DNA of 64,000 nt from Desulfosporosinus sp. GTDB lineage: Bacteria; Bacillota; Desulfitobacteriia; Desulfitobacteriales; Desulfitobacteriaceae. The translations under genes and the position numbers were made by a program. Positions within the stretch are counted from its first letter, which is position 1; each line of letters starts with the position of its first letter. The notes below the pieces were generated by a model that saw only the letters and a list, made by a program, of their open reading frames with translations, made no database searches and was not told the origin of the DNA. The stretch covers positions 27,506 through 91,505 of the forward strand of contig DATCQU010000056.1 in assembly GCA_036569365.1 (NCBI GenBank), written 5' to 3'. Positions 10,535-19,411 of this stretch are shown piece after piece.

Positions 10535-11677
10535 ATGGGCGCGGCGAACAACATCAATGTAAGTCGTGATGACTGGAGTTTGCATCGCAAAGGATACCTC
10601 GATCAGATGAGACACATAGAAAAAGTTGAAGAAGTTATTAAGCTTCAATTAGCGGATCTGATTGTTGATGAGAGTATGATCTTATCAGAGGGTAAAAGTA
10701 ATCTTAAGATTCCTATACGTTCTCTGGAAGAATTTCGCTTTCGGTACGATTACGATAAGAAGAACCAAACGGGACAAGGCACTAGAAAAATGATTCCAGG
10801 CGAAATCTTGGGGCCCAAAGACGCTGAGGACAAAGATGCTGAAGGGTATGGGGCCGGCGACGAGCAGGGAAGAGATGTTTATGAAGAAGAAGTCACGTAT
10901 GAGGATTTAGCAACGGTTCTTTTCGAAACATTAAAGTTACCTAATTTGGAGGCTAAGAATCGACCGCTGATTGAACATGATCGCCCCGAATTCAACGATG
11001 TTCGTAACAAAGGACTAATGGCGAATGTGGATAAGAAGCGCACGCTACTCGAGAGTATTAAGAGGCAGGCCTTTTCGAGGAAACAGAATAAAGATGAGAA
11101 ATTGCGAATTACTCCAGAAGACTTGCGGTTTAAGACTTGGGAGACTCAACCAAACTTCGAGACCAATGCCGTTATTTTGGCTATGATGGATACCTCCGGC
11201 TCGATGGGGGAACTTGAGAAATATATTGCCCGGACATTTTCCTTTTGGATGGTTCGTTTCCTGCATTTAAAGTATGAAAAAGTAGAGATGCGGTTTTTAG
11301 TGCATCATACAGAGGCGAAAGAAGTTACGGAGAAAGAATTCTTCTCGCGCGGGGAGAGCGGAGGAACCCGTTGCTCGTCGGTGTATAAGTACGCCTTAGA
11401 TTTAATTGAAAGTGATTATTCACCGAATTACTATAATATTTATCCAGTTCATTTTACAGATGGCGACAATATGTGCTCGGATAATCCAATGGCATTATCT
11501 CTAATGAAACGTTTGGTAGATGTGAGCCAGATCGTCGGTTATGGAGAGATCTTAAGAAAACATCAATTCAGTTTATTGATGTCAACGTTACAACGTATTC
11601 CTGATCCGAAACTTCGGATGGTGACGATCATGGACCGAAACGAGGTGTACACAGCGCTCAAAACGGTTTTTTCCTGA
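10535..11677 (+). CDS. yhbH: Sporulation protein YhbH family (DUF444, vWA domain)
   Basis: DWSLHRKGYLDQMRH, MMDTSGSM, GESGGTRCSS, HFTDGDN; start placed at ATG 10535 after GAGGAAGGGG. Confidence 0.85.
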   Translation: MGAANNINVSRDDWSLHRKGYLDQMRHIEKVEEVIKLQLADLIVDESMILSEGKSNLKIPIRSLEEFRFRYDYDKKNQTGQGTRKMIPGEILGPKDAEDKDAEGYGAGDEQGRDVYEEEVTYEDLATVLFETLKLPNLEAKNRPLIEHDRPEFNDVRNKGLMANVDKKRTLLESIKRQAFSRKQNKDEKLRITPEDLRFKTWETQPNFETNAVILAMMDTSGSMGELEKYIARTFSFWMVRFLHLKYEKVEMRFLVHHTEAKEVTEKEFFSRGESGGTRCSSVYKYALDLIESDYSPNYYNIYPVHFTDGDNMCSDNPMALSLMKRLVDVSQIVGYGEILRKHQFSLLMSTLQRIPDPKLRMVTIMDRNEVYTALKTVFS

Positions 11678-11778
11678 CAAACAGTTCATCAAGGTTGACC
11701 CTAGTGTGGTATAATCAGCACGCTACATTATTTCCGGGGCATTAGTTTTAGTAATATATCATTTTAGGGGGCAATTTT

Positions 11779-12246
11779 ATGGTCGAGCAAAGCTTTAATA
11801 CTGAAGTACCCTTCAATATTAAGGAATTGAAGAAAAAATCAAGTAATAAGACAAGTTGGAGAGACAGGTTAGATTCTGTCAACGAATTGAAACGTTATGA
11901 CTGCAGACAATCAAGAGATATCATTAAAATATTGGCTCTGCATGACCCAGTTTACAAAGTGGCGGAAGCTGCTTTCGAAGCGGCTCAGGCATATGGACTT
12001 ACAAAAAAAGGGAAGCCATTGTATCTTCGCAAAAAGAAAAAGGGAAATCTCGATGAGGGTATTCCCGAAATGCTTAAAGCCGTCAGTGATTCCTTTAAAG
12101 GCGAGCCTCCTGTTCAGGAGTTTAAGGAAAAGTTTAAGGCGATGTATCCTAAGACCTTCGATACGTACGATGGTGAGATGGGCGCTAGTCTTGATGAGTG
12201 GCTAAAAGACCAAGGGGGCCTCATTCATGATTTGGATAAGACATAG
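11779..12246 (+). CDS. HEAT-repeat-like domain protein
   Basis: SWRDRLDSVNEL...HDPVYKVAEAAF pattern. Confidence 0.6.
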   Translation: MVEQSFNTEVPFNIKELKKKSSNKTSWRDRLDSVNELKRYDCRQSRDIIKILALHDPVYKVAEAAFEAAQAYGLTKKGKPLYLRKKKKGNLDEGIPEMLKAVSDSFKGEPPVQEFKEKFKAMYPKTFDTYDGEMGASLDEWLKDQGGLIHDLDKT

Positions 12247-12469
12247 TACGAAGTAGAAGTTCTATAGATGATAATGCAGCGAGTCTCTCCGGAGGCTGGC
12301 TGCATTATCATTTATTCTAGTGGCATACCGTCTATGAAAAAAAGGGACTAGATTTGTTAATATTAATATAATTAATATACTTATTAAATATATTAAACAC
12401 TGCATTGACAATATTGATATATTAGCTTATTATCTTAAGTATAGAAGTGCTTTAGGCAATGATGAAGAG

Positions 12470-12880
12470 GTGATGAACTTGGATTATAAGATGCCGCATC
12501 GGTGTCCGGTGTGCGATCACGAAATGAAAATTAGTAAGTTAACTTGTACCTACTGTCCGACGAAAATCGAAGGCGAATTCAGCTCGTGTAAATTTTGTCA
12601 GCTTCCCGCAGAACAATTAATCTTCATGGAGGCATTTATTAAATGTCGAGGGAATATCAAAGAGGTGGAAAAAGAGTTAGGTATCTCCTATCCGACAGTT
12701 CGAAGTCGCTTAGATAGTGTCATTGAGGCACTGGGGTATGGGCCGGATAAGGAAAGAGTTCTTGAAAATGATACGGAGAATTTCCATGAAGAAAGTCTGC
12801 GCAGACAGGGGATCCTGGAAGCTCTAGAGCGTGGGGAAATATCAGCTCTGGAAGCTACACGTCAAATGAAAAACAGATAG
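12470..12880 (+). CDS. DUF2089 family protein (Zn-ribbon + HTH)
   Basis: CPVC/CTYC; RGNIKEVEKELGISYPTVRSRLD. Confidence 0.88.
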   Translation: MMNLDYKMPHRCPVCDHEMKISKLTCTYCPTKIEGEFSSCKFCQLPAEQLIFMEAFIKCRGNIKEVEKELGISYPTVRSRLDSVIEALGYGPDKERVLENDTENFHEESLRRQGILEALERGEISALEATRQMKNR

Positions 12881-12922
12881 GCAAGGATTGAGTGGAAATA
12901 GGACGGAAGGGGAGTAAAGTCA

Positions 12923-13372
12923 ATGAACAGTGAAAAAATGAAGATTCTTGAAATGATCCAAGAAGGTAAACTGACAGCAGCTGAAGGGATGGATCTACTG
13001 AAGGCGATTGAGGAAGTTGCCACGCCTAAGGAGGCCACTCAGGTCGGCGAGATTCGGTTGGCAAAAAAAGGGTTACTCTCGACGGGGGAGCGCTTCTTGC
13101 GAGTTCGGGTGGTCGGAGAAAAAACGTTAAAAGTGAATGTGAATGTTCCGTTGAGTCTGGTACGATCTGCTTCCAAATTAATAGTGTATGCAATGAGCTT
13201 TGTTCCTGCGGACAAGCGCGCGGAACTGGAACAGAAGGGACTTGATTTGCAAGCGTTGGACGTTGAGGGATTTGCCCGAATTCTCGAAGAAACTCTTGAT
13301 GGCAAGATCGTCGATGTAGAAGTTGCGGACCCTGAAGAGGGAAGAATCAAGGTGGAAGTGTATGTGGAATAA
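12923..13372 (+). CDS. SHOCT-like (YvlB N-terminal-like) protein
   Basis: EKMKILEMIQEGKLTAAEGMDLL; VNVNVPLSL. Confidence 0.75.
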   Translation: MNSEKMKILEMIQEGKLTAAEGMDLLKAIEEVATPKEATQVGEIRLAKKGLLSTGERFLRVRVVGEKTLKVNVNVPLSLVRSASKLIVYAMSFVPADKRAELEQKGLDLQALDVEGFARILEETLDGKIVDVEVADPEEGRIKVEVYVE

Positions 13373-13688
13373 ATCGGCCAGGCTGTTAATGGTCCGGGTC
13401 AACGTGCAAAAACGCAGAGGATTTGCATTTCCGGTACCTGTCTGGGTAGTCGATGAATTCTTGGAGGCCCTTGCGGATTTGGCAAGGGTAGGAGAGATGG
13501 TTATAAGGCGTATTCCGGTTCCCCGAGACGAAAAAACTCGCAAGCATCTAAACTGGGTTCAAACAATTTCTCCCAGCGGTATTATCGCCTCAACACACAG
13601 TATTATCAAAGAGTTATATCGGTATAAAGGGCTAGAGGTTGCCGATGTGGAAGTCGGAGAGGTAAAGGTCAAAATATGCTTAAAGTGA
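13362..13688 (+). CDS. Hypothetical protein in the DUF2089 operon
   Basis: ORF overlapping the upstream stop; start codon uncertain. Confidence 0.6.
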   Translation: MWNKSARLLMVRVNVQKRRGFAFPVPVWVVDEFLEALADLARVGEMVIRRIPVPRDEKTRKHLNWVQTISPSGIIASTHSIIKELYRYKGLEVADVEVGEVKVKICLK

Positions 13689-13701
13689 ACGGGGGGGAAC
13701 G

Positions 13702-14037
13702 ATGAAACGACAAATCTACCGAGTGTTAGTGAGCACACTCGCCTTTTATATTGCGGCTCAATTTCTGCCGATCGTGGCGGCTACCCCTCTTCACTTTTTA
13801 TGGGCCGGTATAGTGCTTGGTCTGGTCAACGTGATGATTCGCCCACTCCTGATTATTCTAACCATTCCTCTCAATCTGATAACCTTAGGGATTTTCACCC
13901 TCGTTATCAATACCTGGATGATCATGCTTACGAGTGGGTTGTTGCCCGGGTTTTACGTGCCAGGGTTTGGAGTTGCCTTCCTGGTATCGATCATGGTGTC
14001 CTTGGCAAACTGGGGTTTCAAGGAGATAAGATTATAA
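13702..14037 (+). CDS. YvlD/phage holin 4_2 family membrane protein
   Basis: LGLVNVMIRPLLIILTIPLNLITLGIFTLVIN. Confidence 0.85.
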   Translation: MKRQIYRVLVSTLAFYIAAQFLPIVAATPLHFLWAGIVLGLVNVMIRPLLIILTIPLNLITLGIFTLVINTWMIMLTSGLLPGFYVPGFGVAFLVSIMVSLANWGFKEIRL

Positions 14038-14324
14038 TTCTAGTCAAAAACACAAATAGAAATGAAGCAGGGGCCATTGATTCACATAATTATTTATGAG
14101 ACCAAACAAAAAAACATGGAAGCAAACAGTCGATTTCCTTACTCCAAGGTGATCGACTTTTTGCTTATTTATATATCGGGGGGGTGTGGAGTAACGGGCG
14201 AGAAGGTATTTGTCTCTGTTGAATAGAATATATAAAGCTTAGGCACGTCCGCAAGCCAAGACATTGGTAGGAAGGATAACTCTTTTAGAACATACCTTCT
14301 TAAATATGTGGGAGGGGATTCAAA

Positions 14325-15539
14325 ATGGGCATATCAGAAGAGACTAGGGCGGTAGAGTTAATCACTGCCAATAAAGAGCTTGCCTTTCAAAGCGATGAGA
14401 AAGAAAAATTAGTATCGAAGTTAATCGCCGCTAATAAAGAGCTTGCTTTTCAAAGCGAAGAAAAAGCAGATCAGGCTGCTGAACTAATTAGTGCCAATAA
14501 AGAGCTTGTCTTTCAAAACGAAGAGAAAGAAAAATTGGTTGCGGAGTTAGTTATTGCTAATAAAGAACTTGCCTTTCAAAACGAAGAGAAAGCAGACCGG
14601 GCTGCGGAGTTAGTTATTGCTAATAAAGAGCTTGTCTTTCAAAATAAAGAAAAGGCAGACCGAGCTGCGGAGTTAGTTATTGCTAATAAAGAACTTGCCT
14701 TTCAAGGCGAAGAGAAAGCAGACCGAGCTGCGGAGTTAATTATCGCGAATAAAGAGCTTGCTTTCCAAGGCGAAGAGAAAGGTAAACGGGCAGCTGAGTT
14801 AATTACCGAACGCCAACGTAGGCTGTTTGAGATAAGTATGGCTCGCCTAGACCGATTGAACCTAGTAGGACAAATGGCGGCGGGAATCGCACATGAAATA
14901 AGGAATCCCATGACTACGGTGCGAGGGTATCTCCAACTATTGGGGGAAAAGCCCGCGTATGCAGCTCAGAAGTCTACCTTCGGCCTGATGATTTCGGAAC
15001 TTGATCGAGCAAACGGGATTATTACAGAATTCCTCTCACTGGCTCGAACAAAACCAACTGAACTGAAATTCCAAGACCTTAACGACATTCTGAATAATTT
15101 ATATCCTCTTTTAGAAGCAGACACTTTTACCCAAAATAAACAAATTTCTTTCATTCCTGGGGAGATTCCCAACCTAGAACTCAATGGAAATGAAATCACC
15201 CAACTGGTTCTTGATTTAACCCGCAACGGCCTTGAAGCAATGCGGGAAAGAGGGTGTCTAAATGTTAAAAGTTATGTGGAGGATGGCAAGGTAGTGCTTG
15301 CGATTAAGGATGAGGGATGTGGTATTCCTCCTGAAAATCTTCGTAAGGTAGGAACACCCTTCTTTACGACTAAAGATAGTGGGACGGGCTTGGGCCTGGC
15401 GACATGCTACAAAATTGCAGAATCTCATAACGCTAAAATACATATCAATTCTAGTTCTTTAGGGACAACATTCTTTATATTATTCCCTATTCCTGTAGGC
15501 TGCACCAAAATCGTGAACATAATCTCCACGTTGGACTAG
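14325..15539 (+). CDS. Soluble histidine kinase with N-terminal 21-aa repeats
   Basis: AHEIRNP H-box and HATPase; no TM or PAS domain. Confidence 0.88.
   Translation: MGISEETRAVELITANKELAFQSDEKEKLVSKLIAANKELAFQSEEKADQAAELISANKELVFQNEEKEKLVAELVIANKELAFQNEEKADRAAELVIANKELVFQNKEKADRAAELVIANKELAFQGEEKADRAAELIIANKELAFQGEEKGKRAAELITERQRRLFEISMARLDRLNLVGQMAAGIAHEIRNPMTTVRGYLQLLGEKPAYAAQKSTFGLMISELDRANGIITEFLSLARTKPTELKFQDLNDILNNLYPLLEADTFTQNKQISFIPGEIPNLELNGNEITQLVLDLTRNGLEAMRERGCLNVKSYVEDGKVVLAIKDEGCGIPPENLRKVGTPFFTTKDSGTGLGLATCYKIAESHNAKIHINSSSLGTTFFILFPIPVGCTKIVNIISTLD
14345..14805 (+). repeat. About 7 tandem 63-bp coding repeats (consensus AAELVIANKELAFQNEEKADR)
   Basis: Seven ANKEL(A/V)FQ units at 21-aa periodicity. 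Confidence 0.92.
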
Positions 15540-15725
15540 TCCTCTTCGGTGAGTAATTGGATGACGGTTTGAGCCACTTAGTATTGAACCTCTTGTCTAC
15601 GCACTCAGGTTAACGAACAGAAAAACTCTACCATTACGTGTTGAGTAAAAAAACAAGAGCACTGGTTTAATTTAGACTGTCATTGTTTAAGAACTAATAG
15701 TGTAATTACTGTAAGAATTTAAACC

Positions 15726-15782
15726 TTGACAGGATGAGTGAAAGGATATAATTTAAGAAGTAGGACATGTGCATATACACGT
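15726..15782 (+). promoter_or_regulatory. SigA-like promoter with putative MarR operator ATGTGCATATACACGT (15767-15782)
   Basis: TTGACA at 15726, TATAAT at 15747 (short 15-bp spacer); imperfect palindrome matching the core of the 16301-16338 palindrome. Confidence 0.6.
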
Positions 15783-15820
15783 TAAATTTCAACTCACCAT
15801 GAAGAGGATGGAGATAGCCC

Positions 15821-16261
15821 ATGAAACAGAACCGATGCAATCTAAAATCTCCTAGCCCTTGTCACTGTCTGAATATAAGACGAGCTTCCAGGGCAGTAAC
15901 TCAATTTTATGAAAAGGTATTGGAACCAAGCGGACTTAAAGTTACACAGTACTCGTTATTGCGTAATCTTGGACAGGTGGAGTCAGTGAGTATGAGTGTA
16001 CTGGCTAAAACTATGCGTATTGATCGAACGACGCTCAACCGGAATATGAAGCCATTAATTAATGCTGGTCTAATAACGGTTAACTCAGGTGATGATTCTC
16101 GATCTAGACAGGTGTTGCTTACCGACACTGGTAAAGATGCGCTGGTCGACGCCTTGTCACTATGGGATCTAGCACAAGCATCACTGCAGGAATATTTGGG
16201 AGAGACTGAATTAGCGAGTTTTGAGAAATCGCTTTCAAAACTGGAAGCTTTGGTTCCGTAA
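15821..16261 (+). CDS. MarR family transcriptional regulator
   Basis: CHCLNIRRASRAVTQFY, LKVTQYSLL, IDRTTLNRN, DSRSRQVLLT. Confidence 0.9.
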   Translation: MKQNRCNLKSPSPCHCLNIRRASRAVTQFYEKVLEPSGLKVTQYSLLRNLGQVESVSMSVLAKTMRIDRTTLNRNMKPLINAGLITVNSGDDSRSRQVLLTDTGKDALVDALSLWDLAQASLQEYLGETELASFEKSLSKLEALVP

Positions 16262-16300
16262 ATAGATTCCATTGAAAGAAATGGATTGTCGAGAAGTATT

Positions 16301-16338
16301 TGCCATCAATTATGTGTATATACACATAATTGATGGCA
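16301..16338. promoter_or_regulatory. 38-bp perfect palindrome, putative MarR operator
   Basis: tgccatcaattatgtgtat|atacacataattgatggca. Confidence 0.7.
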
Positions 16339-16410
16339 GGGAACTCGTTCAGCTAAGGCTCGGAATCAATTAAATCAAATCGATAAAACAAGTTAAATAA
16401 AGAAGGAGAA

Positions 16411-17544
16411 ATGAACATGTCGCTTACAACTCAAATAAAAGAATTTGCCCTAGATCTCGGGTACAGCAAGGTTGGCATTATTCCTGCTGATAGTTTTCCT
16501 GAATTCATCTCCGATTTAACCAGTAGACAGGATATGTATTCCTTTTTTATCAAAGGACCGTTTCGTCCGTTGGTTGGAGCGGAACCACGGTCGCAGATGC
16601 CGACAGCGAAATCTATCATTACGACAGTCTATGACTATTCGCAAAAGAGCTTTCCGAAGGAATTGACCGATAAGATTGGCAGGATATATCAAGCGAGGTG
16701 TTATGACGCACCGCCGGAACGTATTAATGGCGCCAGGCCAGAATTGATGCGCGAGTTTCTTCGCAAACTCGGCTGTGAAGTGGGGGAAAAGATTAGTTTG
16801 CCCGAACGCTTGGTGGCGGCTAAGGCTGGCATCGTAACTTATGGTAAAAATAATTTCGCTTATGCCGAAGGGATTGGGTCTTTTATTTACCTGACGTCCT
16901 TTATAGTCGATGTAGAGCTTGACTATGATAGTCTGACCGTTGAGGTGAGGTGTCCGGAAGGATGTAATCTCTGCATGAAAGCCTGTCCCACGCAAGCCAT
17001 TTATGAACCTTTAAAATTGAATCCACGACGTTGCATAGCGTTTAATACGTTCATCACTCAGGACCATATGGCAGGCAGTCATATTGATCCTGAAATTCGT
17101 GAGAAAATGGGAACAAAGGTTCATGGATGTGACATCTGTCAAACGGTGTGTCCGCGTAATCAGGCAAAGTTAAAAGCAAACCTGCCGGACGATGATTTTT
17201 TGGTGAAAGTAGCTCAGGATTTTAGTCTCTCTCAAATGCTTAAAATGACGGATGTTTTTTATTCAACAAGAATACAACCTTTGATGTACAATTATATAAA
17301 AGAGAAGAAATACTTTCAGAGGAACGCCGCCATTGCACTTGGTAATTTAGGCGATCCGGCATTTGTACCCGATCTGGAAATTGCCATGAATGATCCCGAA
17401 GAGTTAGTAGGCGGTTACGCCGCCTGGGCTTTAGGTAAAATCGGCGGTAAATTAGCCCAACAAATTCTTGAAGGAAATCTTAGCAAGGAAACATCAGAGT
17501 CAGTAAAGGAAGAGATTAGAGCAGCACTATTGGATACCAAATGA
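16411..17544 (+). CDS. Epoxyqueuosine reductase (QueG)-like cobalamin/2x[4Fe-4S] protein with C-terminal HEAT repeats
   Basis: CPEGCNLCMKACP, GCDICQTVCP, YGKNN, QRNAAIALGN. Confidence 0.8.
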   Translation: MNMSLTTQIKEFALDLGYSKVGIIPADSFPEFISDLTSRQDMYSFFIKGPFRPLVGAEPRSQMPTAKSIITTVYDYSQKSFPKELTDKIGRIYQARCYDAPPERINGARPELMREFLRKLGCEVGEKISLPERLVAAKAGIVTYGKNNFAYAEGIGSFIYLTSFIVDVELDYDSLTVEVRCPEGCNLCMKACPTQAIYEPLKLNPRRCIAFNTFITQDHMAGSHIDPEIREKMGTKVHGCDICQTVCPRNQAKLKANLPDDDFLVKVAQDFSLSQMLKMTDVFYSTRIQPLMYNYIKEKKYFQRNAAIALGNLGDPAFVPDLEIAMNDPEELVGGYAAWALGKIGGKLAQQILEGNLSKETSESVKEEIRAALLDTK

Positions 17545-17586
17545 GGTTCGGACGAAATCTGATAGGATTCGTGTTTAGGGATATTC

Positions 17587-18231
17587 GTGAACAAAAGGGG
17601 AGTGGAGGGGTTTGAGGTGGATACTAATTACCGAATTGCTTATGATAAATACTGGCAGGACTTAAAAAGGAAGGTGCCAGAAGAAATTGCAACACACCTT
17701 GCCGCGACTTACTGTAGCAACACACGACAATTCGTCGTGACGTTCTTTAACTCTGAGTATATTTTGGATTGTACGACTGAAACGATCTACAGGAAAACAG
17801 ATGGACAAGTCCCGGAAATGATGGCATCTATCATAATGCTTAATTACCTCGCTTATGCGCGAGCACCCCAAGAAACAGCAAAAAAATGGGTCAGTCTCAA
17901 AGAATTGCCGGGCGGCGGCGCGATGTTTTATCCTGCGTTTCATAAAAATTCAATCGAAGGTCTTATTAAAGCGTTTGGACAGCAATCTAAGCTGTTATTG
18001 ACCTGCGCATCTGACTTGGGCGGACAACCAACAACCTTTGGGGATGCATCCGCTATTTTCCAGGCCTTTCCCGAGATTCCTTTATGTGTGATTGTTTGGG
18101 AAGGGGACGAAGAAGTTGGGAGTAATGTCACCATCCTATTCGAGCCGTCCATTGAGCACCTATTACACATCGAAAGTGCTATCGGGCTCGGCATGTATCT
18201 GGCAAGTCAATTGAAGCGGCAGCTGCGTTAG
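17587..18231 (+). CDS. DUF3786 family protein
   Basis: [11 protein letters not shown]-x-FY-x-AF; [16 protein letters not shown]. Confidence 0.8.
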   Translation: MNKRGVEGFEVDTNYRIAYDKYWQDLKRKVPEEIATHLAATYCSNTRQFVVTFFNSEYILDCTTETIYRKTDGQVPEMMASIIMLNYLAYARAPQETAKKWVSLKELPGGGAMFYPAFHKNSIEGLIKAFGQQSKLLLTCASDLGGQPTTFGDASAIFQAFPEIPLCVIVWEGDEEVGSNVTILFEPSIEHLLHIESAIGLGMYLASQLKRQLR

Positions 18232-18592
18232 CGCTGGGGATCGTTATCGTTCATCCACAACTTCAAATGCCCGCGATTATTCAATTCATTCATGGCGGAG
18301 GTCCAATCATTAATGGTAAAGTATGGCCCTTATGATTCTTAATCGTACCAAGAAACTGAGTTATACGATGACCGCCTTTCTTCCGATGCTCTTTATGGGG
18401 GTTACGTCCACAGCAGCAGGATATCTGACGATCGTGAATAACTACATTCCAAAACATCAAACCGTTCCCGCTGTGTTGGCTGGAGTGATGATTATCCTGG
18501 CAACGATCATTGTCACAGATTCCATTCGGAAGCTTGTGGCGACATATACTGCAATATCAAGTGATCAGGATCTGAGGGCCGTAGCAAAGTAA
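18225..18592 (+). pseudogene. cstA: Remnant of carbon starvation protein CstA (internal and C-terminal fragments joined)
   Basis: [35 protein letters not shown] resembles the CstA segment before FITIACGAISGFH; it is joined out of frame to a CstA-like C-terminal TM segment. Confidence 0.65.
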
Positions 18593-18608
18593 AGTTGGAC
18601 GCAAGGAA

Positions 18609-18654
18609 GCAAGGATGGAAGCAGGGGCACTCTAGTCCACCATCCTTGCTTTTT
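18609..18654 (+). terminator. Intrinsic terminator
   Basis: gcaaggatgg...ccatccttgc followed by T-run. Confidence 0.6.
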
Positions 18655-18741
18655 ATAATCTCGGAAGAACATTTCGGGCATTGTTATTGTAGTAATATAA
18701 GGGTATAATAATTATACAATTTTACTATAGGGGGGCTTGAG

Positions 18742-19026
18742 ATGAATATTAAACCGTCTGCGGCAATTCGAAATAACTATAATGAAATATCAACACTTTG
18801 CAAAGAAACAGGAGAACCAATCTATTTGACAAAAAATGGTGAAGGCGACTTGGTCGTTATGGACATTGGAGCTTTTGCACGACGAGAAAGCATGTTGCGA
18901 TTTAGAGAGAACCTCGTGGCTGTTGAGGAGGACAGACTGACTGGGAAGAAGGGCTTTTCTATCGATGACCTAGACGAGATGATGAAAAAGGCCATCAAGG
19001 AGGTCGTGGATGGAAGGCGCAAATAA
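18742..19026 (+). CDS. Type II antitoxin, Phd/YefM family
   Basis: IRNNYNEIS...EPIYLTKNGEGDLVVM. Confidence 0.9.
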   Translation: MNIKPSAAIRNNYNEISTLCKETGEPIYLTKNGEGDLVVMDIGAFARRESMLRFRENLVAVEEDRLTGKKGFSIDDLDEMMKKAIKEVVDGRRK

Positions 19027-19330
19027 GCATTATAAGGTCATTTTTTCTGAAAGAGCTGGGGACATGCTAATCCAGCATGTGCGTTTTATGGCGCAAGTAA
19101 GTCCAGAGGCGGCTGAGAAACTCCGTGCTGAAATAATAGAAGCCTCTAGATCTCTGCAAAGTTTGCCAGAACGGTATTTAGAACTTCGCGATCCAGCATT
19201 GCCTACAAATAAATATCGTAAGATGATAATAAATAAACGATATTGTCTTGTGTATCAAATAAAAGCTGAGACAGTATATATAGATTATATTTTGGATTGC
19301 CGCCAGGATTATCAGTGGCTGATGTCTTAA
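19010..19330 (+). CDS. Type II toxin, RelE/ParE family
   Basis: YKVIFSERA...SLQSLPER...YRKMII...VYIDYILDCRQDY; overlaps antitoxin. Confidence 0.88.
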   Translation: MEGANKHYKVIFSERAGDMLIQHVRFMAQVSPEAAEKLRAEIIEASRSLQSLPERYLELRDPALPTNKYRKMIINKRYCLVYQIKAETVYIDYILDCRQDYQWLMS

Positions 19331-19356
19331 CATGTCAAATAGTACCCGTACGAACA

Positions 19357-19387
19357 AAGAAGAGACGAGTGAAATCGTCTCTTCTTG
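19357..19387. terminator. Bidirectional terminator
   Basis: aagaagagacga...tcgtctcttctt. Confidence 0.7.
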
Positions 19388-19411
19388 TATGTCCAGATTC
19401 AACTATGTCAT

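Noticed and set aside
13702-14037. Prophage holin
   Set aside because: YvlD-type membrane protein in a stress-like operon; no phage genes nearby.
14345-14805. Possible CRISPR array
   Set aside because: Units are contiguous in-frame 63-bp coding repeats with no unique spacers, and no cas genes are present.
16411-17544. Respiratory reductive dehalogenase RdhA
   Set aside because: No Tat signal and no rdhB anchor; HEAT tail and Cys spacing are QueG-like.
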